64,000 bases of DNA, taken from the NCBI GenBank assembly GCA_965203055.1, contig OZ241863.1, forward strand, positions 960,001-1,024,000. Reading direction: 5' to 3'. The DNA is from Spirochaetia bacterium (GTDB taxonomy: Bacteria > Spirochaetota > Spirochaetia > SZUA-6 > Bin103). The notes beneath the pieces are model-generated. The model had not been told where the DNA came from. It saw nothing but the letters and a program-made list of their open reading frames with translations, and searched no databases. Position 1 is the first letter of the stretch. The number at the start of each line of letters is the position of its first letter. The position numbers and the translations under genes were made by a program. This document shows, one piece after another, positions 47,552 to 57,580 of the stretch.

Positions 47552-48685
47552 ATGCCGAGCATAACGGTTCGGGATCTGACCGTCCGCTACGACCAGGTGC
47601 TGGCCGTGGACAACTTGGCGCTGCACGTGGAAGAGGGCGAGTTCATGGTGCTGCTCGGCGCCTCCGGGAGCGGCAAGACCTCCACCCTGCGCGCCATCGC
47701 CGGCCTGGAACGGCCGGCCGACGGCGAAATCCTGTTTGGCCGGCGCTGCATGTTCTCTGCCGCGGCGGCCGTCGACCTGCCGCCCGCGCGCCGCGGAGTG
47801 GGGATGGTGTTCCAGAACTACGCGCTCTATCCCCACATGACCACGGTGGCAAACGTGGCGTTCCCCCTCAAGACCCAACGGCTGCCGCGGGAAAAGATCG
47901 CCCTGGCGGTAGAGCAGGCGCTGGCGCTGGTCGATCTGACCGGTCTGGAGCAGCGCTATCCGCGCCAGCTCAGCGGCGGCCAGCAGCAGCGGGTGGCGCT
48001 GGCCCGCATGCTGGTGGGGCAGCCCGAGGTGCTGCTGTTCGACGAGCCGCTGTCGAACGTCGACGCCAAGTTGCGGGTAGCGTTGCGCACCGATCTCAAA
48101 CGCCTGCAGCGCCGGATCGGCGCCACCTCCCTGTACGTGACCCATGACGTATCGGAGGCGTTCGCGTTGGCCGACCGCATCGCCATCATGTTCCACGGCG
48201 TCATTCACCAGATCGGCCGGGCCGGCGACCTGTACCACCGCCCGGAGACGCTGCAGGTGGCGGAGATGACCGGTCTGCCGCAGTCCAACCTGATTCCCGC
48301 CACCGTGACCCGCGCCGAGGGCGCGGTGCTGCTGGCCGCGGCCGCCGCTCCCGGCAAGCCGTTTCGCCTCCCGGCGATGAACGGCGCCTTCAGCGGCCAG
48401 CGCGCGGTGCTGAACGTGCGCGTCGAGGACCTGGAGCTGGCGGCGGGCGCGCCGCCGGACGCGACGGGGCCGCGGTTCGAGGTATTCGCGGTGCTGCCGC
48501 AGGGCGCCTCCACCCTGATTCACCTGCGCTTCCCCGGGCGCCGCGAGGAGCTGGTCGCGCGGGTGCCGCATGCCGCGCCGGAGTGGCGCGCCGGCCAGCG
48601 CGTCTCCGTGCGGCTGCGGCGGGGCAATCTCTACGACGCCTCCACCGAGCGGCTGATCGACTCCTTCGACCGCGGCGGCCGCTGA
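47552..48685 (+). CDS. Stand-alone ABC ATP-binding protein (MalK/MsmX-like)
   Basis: GASGSGKTS, VFQNYALYPH, LSGGQQQR, FDEPLSN. Confidence 0.9.
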   Translation: MPSITVRDLTVRYDQVLAVDNLALHVEEGEFMVLLGASGSGKTSTLRAIAGLERPADGEILFGRRCMFSAAAAVDLPPARRGVGMVFQNYALYPHMTTVANVAFPLKTQRLPREKIALAVEQALALVDLTGLEQRYPRQLSGGQQQRVALARMLVGQPEVLLFDEPLSNVDAKLRVALRTDLKRLQRRIGATSLYVTHDVSEAFALADRIAIMFHGVIHQIGRAGDLYHRPETLQVAEMTGLPQSNLIPATVTRAEGAVLLAAAAAPGKPFRLPAMNGAFSGQRAVLNVRVEDLELAAGAPPDATGPRFEVFAVLPQGASTLIHLRFPGRREELVARVPHAAPEWRAGQRVSVRLRRGNLYDASTERLIDSFDRGGR

Positions 48686-48713
48686 ACGGCGGCGGGGCGG
48701 CGCTGCCGGCGCG

Positions 48714-50312
48714 CTACCCCGTCTTGCGGGCGAGCTGGGCGCGGATATCGTCGAAGCTGATGCCGTAGCGCCGCGCGACGTCGCGGGCGTAGCTCAGGCC
48801 GACCGGCGGGCCGGGCCGGATGCGGAAGGTGCGGCGCGCTTCGCCGTTCTCGCCGCGGCCGGCGGCGCCCGCTTCGATCCCCGCCACCATGCTCACCAGC
48901 CGGCTGGCGCCGGCCACTTCCCGGTTGATCGCGTCGACCCGTTCGCCAAGCTCATGCAGGTGGGTGGCGAATACCGCCCGCGCTCCCAGCAGGCGCAGTC
49001 CGCGCACCACGTCTTCCGCCAGGTACAGGCTCTCGCTGGGGCTGGTGCTGGCCAGCGATTCATTCATCAGGATCAGGCTGCGCTCGCTGGCGGCGCCAAA
49101 CAGCGACGCCAGCCGGCGCGCCTCCTCGGCCAGCCGGCCGCCCTCGGCGTGGCCCGGTTCGTCTACCGGGAAGTGGGTGCCGACCACGTCCGCCGGGCTC
49201 ACCGCCGCGGACTCGGCCGGCGCGTAGAGACCGGCCTGGGCCAGCGCCTGCAGCAGCCCCACGGCCCGTGTAAAGGTGGTCTTGCCGCCCTGGTTGGGAC
49301 CTGTCAGCACCAGGATTCTGCCGTCGGCTTCCATGTCGAGGTCGTTGCCGACGATCTCCCCGGCGCGCTCCTCGGAGCTGCCGAGGGCGAGGTTGACGTT
49401 GTACAGCCGGCTCACCTGCAGGCGGCGCGCCGCGGCCGGCGCGAGCTGCGGCCGGCAGATCGGCAAGCCGCGCGCGCGCAGCCGCTCGAAGAGCTGCGCG
49501 GCGCCCAGGTAGAAGGCGATCTCGCGCTCCAGGGAGAGCAGATCCTGGACCTGCAGGCGCACGTATTGGCCCAGCGCCTTGGCCAGGGGCCGGGCCACGG
49601 CGCCCAGAATCCGGTCCAGGTCGCCGAACAGGGTCCCCAACGCCGCCACCCGCTTGATGCTGGCCACCGGCTGGTAGGGCGAGGCGGCGCCGAAGATGCG
49701 GCTCAGCAGCGGGCGCTCGGCGAATTTCTCCTCATGCACGGCCAGCAGCGTGGCTTCGGCCGGGCGCAGTTGATCGTCCAGGTTGATGCCGATGCTTACG
49801 CTGGCGCGCCGCTTCAGGCCGCCGCGCAGCGCCGGCAGTTCCTGCAGCAGCCGCTGGTACACCGGGTCGGCCTGGCGCCGCCGCACGAATGCCAGCAGCG
49901 CCCGCAGACCGGCCGACTCCAGGTTGGGGAGTTGGGTCGCATCCGCCAGCCGCTGCAGGCATGCGACGTAGGTCTCCAGCTCGCCCAGCCGCCAGACCGC
50001 CTGCTGCAGGGGCGCGCTCTGTTCCTTGCGGGTGGTGGTGAAGTACGCCAGTTCGCGCAGCATCGGGCGGACCTCGCGCAGCACCTCACGCAGCGGAGCG
50101 GAGGCCAGGACGTCGGCCAGCACACTCTGGCGGTAGTGAATCGTGGCCAGGTCCTGGCACAGTTCGTAGAGCAGTTCCTCCGGCAGCCCGAACTGCTCGC
50201 GCAGGGCCGCCAGCCCGGTGTCCGCGGCCGCCTGCCGGCTGAGCCGCGGGCCGGCGGCGGGCGCGCCGGCGGCGGGATGGCACAGGCTTACCGTGTCCGG
50301 GGCGGGATCCAC
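48714..50312 (-). CDS. MutS-related ATPase (domain V, no mismatch-binding domain)
   Basis: TGPNQGGKTT, GRLAEE, LMNESLAST, FATHLHEL, SYA. Confidence 0.85.
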   Translation of the reverse strand: MDPAPDTVSLCHPAAGAPAAGPRLSRQAAADTGLAALREQFGLPEELLYELCQDLATIHYRQSVLADVLASAPLREVLREVRPMLRELAYFTTTRKEQSAPLQQAVWRLGELETYVACLQRLADATQLPNLESAGLRALLAFVRRRQADPVYQRLLQELPALRGGLKRRASVSIGINLDDQLRPAEATLLAVHEEKFAERPLLSRIFGAASPYQPVASIKRVAALGTLFGDLDRILGAVARPLAKALGQYVRLQVQDLLSLEREIAFYLGAAQLFERLRARGLPICRPQLAPAAARRLQVSRLYNVNLALGSSEERAGEIVGNDLDMEADGRILVLTGPNQGGKTTFTRAVGLLQALAQAGLYAPAESAAVSPADVVGTHFPVDEPGHAEGGRLAEEARRLASLFGAASERSLILMNESLASTSPSESLYLAEDVVRGLRLLGARAVFATHLHELGERVDAINREVAGASRLVSMVAGIEAGAAGRGENGEARRTFRIRPGPPVGLSYARDVARRYGISFDDIRAQLARKTG

Positions 50313-50399
50313 GCGCCAATGCTAACGGGTGGCGTGACGCTCTCGCAACGCCCGGCGCGCGCTTGCTTTGCCGCGGCGCTGCCGGCAGAATAGAGCGCC

Positions 50400-51284
50400 A
50401 TGGGACAGACCAACGCTGCCAGCGGCGCCTGGAACGATCATCGTCTCACCCTGTCCGAAGGCGAGGCGTTCGCCCGGGACGGTTACCTCGTACTGCAGGA
50501 GCGGCTGCCGGAGGCGGTAACCGACGGCCTGGAGCGGGCGTTCGACACGGTATGGGCCGCCGAACGCGCCGCGCGCGGCAAGAGCGAACTCGACAAGCTG
50601 AACATGTACGATTTTCTCGGCAAGGACGAGCGCTTCCTGGAGATGATCGACTGGCCGGCGACGTTTCCCAAGGTGATGGACATCCTGGGCTGGAACATCC
50701 AGATCTACCACACCCACATGATCATCAGTCCGGGGGCGGGCCAGGGCGCGGACCCCGGCAGCCGCGGCTGGCACCAGGACAGCGACCGGCTCAACCGGGA
50801 ACTGGAGTCGCGTCCGCAACCGCGGGTCTCCCTGAAGGCGGCGTTCTTCCTGACCGACTGCAGCGAGCGCGGGCGGGGCAACTTCGGCGCGGTGCCGGGG
50901 AGTCATCTGGCAGATCCTCCGGTGGACCCGGACCGGCGCCACCTCGATCCGCCGGGAGCCACGGAAGTGCTGGTGCCGCGCGGCGGCATCGTCCTGTTCG
51001 ACCGCCGCATCTGGCACACCGGGACCGAGAACTACGCCGACGTTCCGCGCAAGGTGCTGTTCTACGGGTACAGCTACCGCTGGCTGCGGCCGCGCGACGA
51101 CATGACGGTGGAACACTACCTGGAGCGCAGCGATCCCATTCGCCGCCAGTTGCTCGGCGCCGGGCCGAGCGGCGGCCACGGCTACACCTCGCCCAAGCCG
51201 GAGGACGTGCCGCTGCGCGCCTGGCTGGAGCGCCATCCGGCGGCGCCGGCCGCGGCCGCCGCGGCCGGCGCGCCCGCCGCCTAG
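50400..51284 (+). CDS. Phytanoyl-CoA dioxygenase (PhyH) family Fe/2OG oxygenase
   Basis: RDGYLV, WHQD, VPGSH, FDRRIWH. Confidence 0.9.
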   Translation: MGQTNAASGAWNDHRLTLSEGEAFARDGYLVLQERLPEAVTDGLERAFDTVWAAERAARGKSELDKLNMYDFLGKDERFLEMIDWPATFPKVMDILGWNIQIYHTHMIISPGAGQGADPGSRGWHQDSDRLNRELESRPQPRVSLKAAFFLTDCSERGRGNFGAVPGSHLADPPVDPDRRHLDPPGATEVLVPRGGIVLFDRRIWHTGTENYADVPRKVLFYGYSYRWLRPRDDMTVEHYLERSDPIRRQLLGAGPSGGHGYTSPKPEDVPLRAWLERHPAAPAAAAAAGAPAA

Positions 51285-51304
51285 CCCCGCGCCGGGCGCC
51301 GCCT

Positions 51305-52522
51305 TTGCCGCCCGCGGAGCCAGGCCGGCGCGCGCCGCCGGACGCGCGGCGCGAGCCGGCGGAGCCCACCGAGTTGGTGCGGGCGCTGCACGCCGCGCCG
51401 CAGCAGGCGGTGCTGGAGTTGGCCGGCGGTACCCAGGCGCTGGCGTGGCTGCATGCCGTGGGCGGCTCGTCGCGGACGGTGCTGGAGGCGACCGACCGCT
51501 ACAGCGCGGCCTCGCTGGCGGCGCTGCTCGGGGCCGCGCCGGCCAAGGCGGTGAGCCGCGGCGTGGCGGCGGCCATGGCCGCCGCGGCGCGGCGCCGGGC
51601 GCTGGCGCTGGCCGCGCCCGGCACGCCGGTAGTGGGGGCGGCCTGCACCGCGGCCCTGGCCAGCGACCGGCCGCGGCGCGGCGCGCACCGCGCGGTGGTG
51701 GCGGTGGCCGACGCCCTGGGCAGCGTGATCAGCGACCTGGAGCTGGCCAAGGGGGAGCGCACGCGCCGGCAGGAGGAGGCCGCGGTGAGCCGCCTGCTGC
51801 TGGCGGAGCTGGCCGCCGCGTGCGGCGCCGGGCCGCCGCCGGGCAGGGCCGCGGCAGCCTTGGAGGGCGACGTGGCGAAGCGTGAGTTTCGCCCCTCCGA
51901 GGCGTTCGCCGCGCTCGCCTCGGGCGGTGCCGACTGGCTGCTGCTGGACACCGGCGGCCACCTTGCGGAGGGACCGCCGCGCTGGGACGAGGCGGCCCTG
52001 CTGCCCGGCTCCTACCATCCGCTGCACGCCGGCCATCTGGCGCTGGCCGAGGCCGCGGCCCGGATGCTGCGGCGGCAGGTGGTGTTCGAGCTGACCCTGG
52101 TCAACGCCGACAAGGCCCCCCTCGACTTGGCGGAGGCGCAGCGGCGCGCCGCGCAGTTCGCCGGCCGCGCGCCGCTGGTGCTGTCGCGGCTGCCGCTGTT
52201 CGCCGCCAAGGCGGCCCGGTTTCCGGGCGCGGTGTTCATCGTCGGGATGGACACCGCGGCGCGCTTGCTGGACGCCCGCTTCTATGGCGGCTCCCGCGCC
52301 TCGATGGAGCAGGCGCTGGCCGCCATAGCGCGCTGCGGCGCCAGCTTCCTGGTCGCCGGCCGACGGGTGGGCGGCCGCTACCGCACGCTGGCCGACCTCG
52401 ATCTGGCGCTGCCGGCCGGGCTGCGCCGGCTGTTCCGGGAACTGCCGGAACGTTCCTTCCGGTGCGACCTTTCGTCCAGCGAGATCCGCGCGCGCGGCGC
52501 CCGGCATACGGCGCCGCGGTGA
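51305..52522 (+). CDS. CinA/PncC-like domain fused to HxGH nucleotidyltransferase domain
   Basis: GGSSRTVLEA, AVSRGVAAAMA; PGSYHPLHAGH, NADK, VGMDT, LSSSEIR; start uncertain. Confidence 0.75.
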   Translation: MPPAEPGRRAPPDARREPAEPTELVRALHAAPQQAVLELAGGTQALAWLHAVGGSSRTVLEATDRYSAASLAALLGAAPAKAVSRGVAAAMAAAARRRALALAAPGTPVVGAACTAALASDRPRRGAHRAVVAVADALGSVISDLELAKGERTRRQEEAAVSRLLLAELAAACGAGPPPGRAAAALEGDVAKREFRPSEAFAALASGGADWLLLDTGGHLAEGPPRWDEAALLPGSYHPLHAGHLALAEAAARMLRRQVVFELTLVNADKAPLDLAEAQRRAAQFAGRAPLVLSRLPLFAAKAARFPGAVFIVGMDTAARLLDARFYGGSRASMEQALAAIARCGASFLVAGRRVGGRYRTLADLDLALPAGLRRLFRELPERSFRCDLSSSEIRARGARHTAPR

Positions 52523-53835
52523 CGGGCGCGCGGGCAGGCCCTGCGCCGCGCGGCGGCGGCATCTACTACGGCTGGGTCATCGTCGGCACCTTCTTTCTGC
52601 TCAACGTCGCGGGGCAGGCGAGCGGCACCCTCAACTTCGGGTTGTTCGTGATCCCGATCAGCGAGGAGCTGGGTCTGTCGCGGCAGACGATCGGCTGGGC
52701 GCAGACCGGGCGCCTGTGGGCGGGCGGCCTGAGCGGCGTGGCGATCGGCTGGTGGCTGGATCGCTACGGGCCGCGCGTGCCGGTGCTGGCGGCTATCGCG
52801 ATTGCCACTGCCGGGCTGCTGGTGCTGGCGCGCGTGCAGTCGGCCGCGGTTCTGTTCGGGGTGCTGCTGGCGCTCGGCGCCAGCGGCTGGACCGGCGCAG
52901 GCGGCAGCGCGCTGTTCGCCACGGTCCCGGTGGCGAAGTGGTTCATCCGCCTGCGCGGGCGCGCTACCGGCATGGTGCAGCTTGGCCTCGGCGTGGGCGG
53001 CGCGTTGCTCCTGCCGCTGACGCAGATGCTGATCAGCAACCGCGGCTGGCGGGCGGCGTGGGTGGTTCTTGCCTGGTTCTCCGCGGCCACGCTGCCGCTG
53101 GTGCTGCTGTTGCGCCGCCAGCCCGGCGACATGGGCCTGGAGCCGGACGGGGGGCCGGCGCGGGCCGGGCGCGGCCGCGGCAACGCCCCCGCGCGCGCCG
53201 CCGGCGACCGGCCGCGGCGGGCGGCGGCCGAGGACGTGTGGACCCTGCGCGGCGCCGCGCGCAGCCCCGCCATGTGGCGGCTCTGCGCGGCGTTCGCCAT
53301 CCTTGGCGGTCTGCTCGGCGCCGCCAGCGTGCATCGGGTGCCGCACTGGGTGGAGTTGGGGTTCAGCCCCACGACCGTGTCGATCGCCTTCGGCATCGAC
53401 GCCGCCACCGCCACGGTCACCGCGCTGGCCGCGGGTTTCGTGGTCGAACGGTTGCCGGTGCGCGTGGTCGGCGGCATCTCCTGCAGCCTGTTCTGCGCCG
53501 CGCTGCTGTTGATGGTCGTGGGGCGGGCGTGGCTGCCGCTGCTGCTCGCCTCCACCGTGCTGTTCGGCGCCGGGGTCGGCCTGAACATGGTGGTGCAGGG
53601 GGTGATCTGGGCGCAGTACTACGGCTGGCGCTTCGTCGGTACCATCCGCGGCGTGGTGCTGCCGGTTACGGTGCTCGCCGGCGGATTGGGAGCGCCTCTG
53701 GCCGGCGCGTTGCGCGACGCAAGCGGCAGCTACCGGCTGGCGTGGTTGATCGTGCTGGCGCTGTGCGCCGTCGCCGGCGGCTTGATCTTCGGAACGCGGC
53801 CGCCGCGGGCGCCCGCGCCGCCGGCCCGGCGCTGA
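52519..53835 (+). CDS. MFS transporter
   Basis: YYGWVIV, GWWLDRYGPR, WFIRLRGRA; many TM segments. Confidence 0.9.
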   Translation: MTGARAGPAPRGGGIYYGWVIVGTFFLLNVAGQASGTLNFGLFVIPISEELGLSRQTIGWAQTGRLWAGGLSGVAIGWWLDRYGPRVPVLAAIAIATAGLLVLARVQSAAVLFGVLLALGASGWTGAGGSALFATVPVAKWFIRLRGRATGMVQLGLGVGGALLLPLTQMLISNRGWRAAWVVLAWFSAATLPLVLLLRRQPGDMGLEPDGGPARAGRGRGNAPARAAGDRPRRAAAEDVWTLRGAARSPAMWRLCAAFAILGGLLGAASVHRVPHWVELGFSPTTVSIAFGIDAATATVTALAAGFVVERLPVRVVGGISCSLFCAALLLMVVGRAWLPLLLASTVLFGAGVGLNMVVQGVIWAQYYGWRFVGTIRGVVLPVTVLAGGLGAPLAGALRDASGSYRLAWLIVLALCAVAGGLIFGTRPPRAPAPPARR

Positions 53836-53930
53836 CCGCCGGCGGGCCGGCTCGCCCGCGCGCCATCCGCCGCGCGCGGTTGCACGCGGTTGCGCCCGGC
53901 GCCGGTGCGCGCCACTATGAAGCCCGCGCC

Positions 53931-54941
53931 ATGGCAGCTCCCGCCCACCCCTGTCTGACGACCATCGAGACCCATACCTGCGGCCACCCCACGCGGGTGG
54001 TGGTGGACGGCCTGCCGGCTTTGGACGGCGATTCGGTGGCTGCGCAACGCGCCTGCGCTCGCGCCGACCACGATGCCTTGCGCACCCTGTTGTGCTGCGA
54101 GCCGCGCGGCCACGAGGCGATGTACGCCGCCTACGTGGTGCCGTCGCAGGTTGCCGACGTGGGAGTGATCTTCTGCAGCCAGGTCGGTTACGACGACATG
54201 TGCGGACATGGCACCATCGGCGTGGTAACGGCGCTGCTGGCGAGCGGGCGGCTGCCGCGGCGCCGGGAGGTGCGGCTGGAAACGCCGGCCGGGGTGGTCA
54301 CGGCGCGGGCCCGGTGGCAGGGAGAGCGGGTGGCCGCGGTGAGCTTCGACAGCGTGCCGGCATTCATCCGCCACCGCGGCGTCACGGTGGAGGTGCCCGG
54401 CGTGGGCGCGGTGCGCGGCGACATCGCCTTCGGCGGCAACTGGTACCTGTATCTGAACGCGGCCGAGGTGCGCCAGCCGATCGCGCCGGCCGCGATCCCG
54501 GCGCTGCTGCGGCTCGGCAACGAGCTCAAGCAGGCCTGGAACCGCACCGGGCGGCTGGAGCATCCCGAGCAGCCGCAGGTCGCCAACGGTCTGATCGGGG
54601 TCTCGTTCTACGGACCGCCGCGCCGCCGGGCCGGCGCCGACCAGGCCAATCTGGTGGTGGAGAGCGAGACCTTCTATGACCGCTCGCCGTGCGGCACCGG
54701 TACCTGCGGGCGCCTCGCCGCGTTGCACGCCCGCGGCGCGCTGGCGGTCGGCCGCGAGTTCCGCAACGAGGGCATCGCCGGCGGCGTGTTCAGCGCGCGG
54801 ATCGTCGCCGAGACCCGCGTCGGGGAGTTGCCGGCGGTGCTGCCGCGGCTGACCGGAACGGCGTGGATCATGGGCCGGGCGGAATGGAGCCTGGATCCGA
54901 CCGACCCTCTCGGCAGCGCCGGCTGGACCGGCCGCGGCTAA
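53931..54941 (+). CDS. Proline racemase / hydroxyproline epimerase family
   Basis: HTCGHPTR, EPRGH, MCGHG and DRSPCGTG (Cys/Cys pair). Confidence 0.92.
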   Translation: MAAPAHPCLTTIETHTCGHPTRVVVDGLPALDGDSVAAQRACARADHDALRTLLCCEPRGHEAMYAAYVVPSQVADVGVIFCSQVGYDDMCGHGTIGVVTALLASGRLPRRREVRLETPAGVVTARARWQGERVAAVSFDSVPAFIRHRGVTVEVPGVGAVRGDIAFGGNWYLYLNAAEVRQPIAPAAIPALLRLGNELKQAWNRTGRLEHPEQPQVANGLIGVSFYGPPRRRAGADQANLVVESETFYDRSPCGTGTCGRLAALHARGALAVGREFRNEGIAGGVFSARIVAETRVGELPAVLPRLTGTAWIMGRAEWSLDPTDPLGSAGWTGRG

Positions 54942-55485
54942 CGGGCGGCAGCTCGCGCAGCCACTGCGAGCGTTGCACGAAGCGCTCCGCAAACAGACCG
55001 AGCAGCAGGGCGGAGATGGTCCCGGTGATCAGAAACGCCGGCGCGATCAGCCAGGCGCTCGGGCCGAAGATCAGCAGGCGCGCGCCGGCGATCTGGGCGA
55101 AGTTGCTGGCCAGGGCGCCCATGATGCTGACTCCGACCAGCGACAGGTGCGGGCTCAGCGCGCGGTGCAGCGCCAGCATTACCGCGGCGCTGGCCAGCGA
55201 GCCGGCGGCCGAGAACAGCACGATGTAGGAGAACAGGGTTCCCTGCACCAGTCCCTGCCCGGCGACCTTCAGCCCCACCAGCGTGAAGATCTCGCGCGGC
55301 CGCAGCACCGTGAGGCCGATCAGCACCGGCAGATTGGCCAGCCCCAGCTTCAGAAACGGAACCGGTTTGGGTATGACGTGCTCGACGCCGGCCAGGAACA
55401 ACGCCACCGCGGCCAGCAACGCCAGCCGCCGGCGGCGCTCGTCGAGGCCCTGCGGCGCGCGCGCCGCGGCGGTCGCCGGCGTCAC
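54868..55485 (-). CDS. Gx transporter family (heptaprenyl diphosphate synthase component I-like)
   Basis: [37 protein letters not shown] overlap with metK stop. Confidence 0.82.
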   Translation of the reverse strand: MTPATAAARAPQGLDERRRRLALLAAVALFLAGVEHVIPKPVPFLKLGLANLPVLIGLTVLRPREIFTLVGLKVAGQGLVQGTLFSYIVLFSAAGSLASAAVMLALHRALSPHLSLVGVSIMGALASNFAQIAGARLLIFGPSAWLIAPAFLITGTISALLLGLFAERFVQRSQWLRELPPVSRGRSSRRCREGRSDPGSIPPGP

Positions 55486-56636
55486 AGCGCCTGCCGGAGC
55501 TCCTCCGCCCGGTCGGTTCGCTCCCAGGTGAACTCGTCCCTCCCGAAGTGTCCGTAGGTGGCGGTCGGGCGGTAGATGGGCCGCGCGAGCTCCAGCGCCT
55601 CGATGATGGCGCCGGGAGTCAGGTCGAAGAGCCGCCGCACCGCCGCTTCGATGCGCGCCTCCGCCACGCTGCCGGTACCGAAGGTATTGACGTACAGCGA
55701 GACCGGCTCGGCCACCCCGATGGCGTAGGCGAACTGCACCTCGCACTCCCGGCAGACGCCGCTGGCGACGACGTTCTTGGCCACGTAGCGCGCCATGTAC
55801 GCCGCCGAGCGGTCCACCTTGGAGGGATCCTTGCCGGAAAAGGCGCCGCCGCCGTGGCGCGCCTTGCCGCCGTAGGTGTCGACGATCAGCTTGCGCCCGG
55901 TCAGTCCGGTATCGCCGTGCGGGCCGCCCACCACGAAGCGGCCGGTGGGATTGATCAGGTAGGAGACGTTGCCGGCCAACATCTCGGCCGGCAGCGCGCG
56001 CTTGATCACCTCTTCCACCAGTCCCTCGCGGAGCCGGTCCGCCGCCGCCTCCGGCCGGTGCTGATGGGACAACACCACGGTATCGATGGCGGCCGGCCGC
56101 CCGCCGGCGTAGCGCACGGTCACCTGGCACTTGCCGTCGGGGCCGAGAAACGGCAGCAGCCGCTGTTTCCGCACCTGCGCGGCGCGCAGCATGATGGCGT
56201 GGGCGAAGTCGATGGGAGCCGGCATCAGGTGCGGCGTATCGGAGCAGGCGTAGCCGAACATCAGCCCCTGATCGCCGGCGCCCTGCGCTTCGCCGGAGCC
56301 GCGGTCGACGCCGCGGGCGATGTCGGGCGACTGCGCGTGCAAGGTGTTGAGTACCGCGCAGGTCTCGAAGTCGATGCCCAGGCCGGGGTCGTCATACCCG
56401 GCGTCGCGCAGCACGCCGCGCGCCAACTGCTGGGGATCGAACGAGCTGCGCGACCTGATCTCGCCTCCCACCAGGATCAGCCCGGTGGTCGCGAAGGTCT
56501 CGCAGGCGACCCGGGCCGCCGGGTCTTCCGCCAACGCGGCGTCCACCACCGCATCGGAAATCTGATCGCACAGTTTGTCGGGGTGGCCTTCGCCCACGCT
56601 CTCCGAGGTAAACAGGTAGTCGCCGCGCTGGTACAT
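55482..56636 (-). CDS. metK: S-adenosylmethionine synthetase
   Basis: [34 protein letters not shown]. Confidence 0.98.
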   Translation of the reverse strand: MYQRGDYLFTSESVGEGHPDKLCDQISDAVVDAALAEDPAARVACETFATTGLILVGGEIRSRSSFDPQQLARGVLRDAGYDDPGLGIDFETCAVLNTLHAQSPDIARGVDRGSGEAQGAGDQGLMFGYACSDTPHLMPAPIDFAHAIMLRAAQVRKQRLLPFLGPDGKCQVTVRYAGGRPAAIDTVVLSHQHRPEAAADRLREGLVEEVIKRALPAEMLAGNVSYLINPTGRFVVGGPHGDTGLTGRKLIVDTYGGKARHGGGAFSGKDPSKVDRSAAYMARYVAKNVVASGVCRECEVQFAYAIGVAEPVSLYVNTFGTGSVAEARIEAAVRRLFDLTPGAIIEALELARPIYRPTATYGHFGRDEFTWERTDRAEELRQAL

Positions 56637-56754
56637 GATCCGGGTGCAAGGTAGCGCTGAGCGCCGGGCGCCGCAAGACGCGCCCCGGCTGATTGCCCCT
56701 GGGGGCGCTCAACGGTATGGTTCGCTCGTGGCGGTATGCGGAGGTTGATGGACC

Positions 56755-57579
56755 ATGAGCGCAGTTCTCTCGCCGGTCGCGGTTGAGTATCCGAGCACGG
56801 ACGGCAAGCCGGTGGCGGAAAGCGATTTTCAGCGCGATTACCTGTTGTACGTGGTGGATGCGCTGCAGGAGCACTTTCGAGCGCGGCGGGACGTGTACGT
56901 GACGGGGAACCTGTTGCTGTATTACGAGGAAGGGAACCGCCGCGCGATGGTGGCGCCGGACGTGTTCGTGGTGATGGGAGCGGCGAACCATCGGCGCAGT
57001 TCGTATCTGTTGTGGCAGGAGCCGAAGGGGCCTGACTTCGTGATGGAGGTGACGTCGAAGAGCACGCGGCAGGAAGATCAGGGAGCGAAGCGGGAGTTGT
57101 ACCGGCGGCTGGGGGTGCGGGAGTACTGGCAGTACGATCCGACCGGGGACTATCTGGCGCCGGCGCTGCAGGGCTACGAGTTGCGCGGCGGGGAGTATGA
57201 GCGGCTGCCGGGGCGGGAATTGGCGGCGGGGGTGGTGGCGCTGGGCAGCGCGGTGTTGGGGCTGGAACTGCGGCTGGACGGCGGCGATCTGCGGCTGTAC
57301 GACCCGGTCGCGGGGCGGGCGCTGGGCACCCGGGAGGAGATCGAAGCGGACCTGAGGGAGCGGGATGCGGAGCTGCGGGAGCGGGACGCGGAGCTGCGGG
57401 AGCGGAACGCGGAGATGCGGGAGCGGAACGCGGACTTGAAGGAGACCGCAGCGGAGCTTCGGGCGGCGGAAGCGCGGCTCCGGGAGGAAGTTGCGGCGCG
57501 GCAGCGGGAGACCGCCGCCCGCGCCGCCGCCGAGGCGCGGGCGGCCGAACTGGAGGCGCTGCTGCGCAAGATGACATAG
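56755..57579 (+). CDS. Uma2 (DUF820) family endonuclease-fold protein with coiled-coil tail
   Basis: YPSTDGKPVAE, APDVFVV, PDFVMEVTS, GVREYWQYDP. Confidence 0.9.
   Translation: MSAVLSPVAVEYPSTDGKPVAESDFQRDYLLYVVDALQEHFRARRDVYVTGNLLLYYEEGNRRAMVAPDVFVVMGAANHRRSSYLLWQEPKGPDFVMEVTSKSTRQEDQGAKRELYRRLGVREYWQYDPTGDYLAPALQGYELRGGEYERLPGRELAAGVVALGSAVLGLELRLDGGDLRLYDPVAGRALGTREEIEADLRERDAELRERDAELRERNAEMRERNADLKETAAELRAAEARLREEVAARQRETAARAAAEARAAELEALLRKMT
57352..57440 (+). repeat. About four 21-bp tandem repeats encoding (L/M)RER(D/N)AE heptads
   Basis: CGGGAGCGG(G/A)A(C/T)GCGGAG(C/A)TG units. Confidence 0.85.
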
Positions 57580-57580
57580 A

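Noticed and set aside
56637..56754. SAM riboswitch upstream of metK
   Set aside because: The intergenic region is short and I could not identify SAM-I or SAM-II consensus elements.
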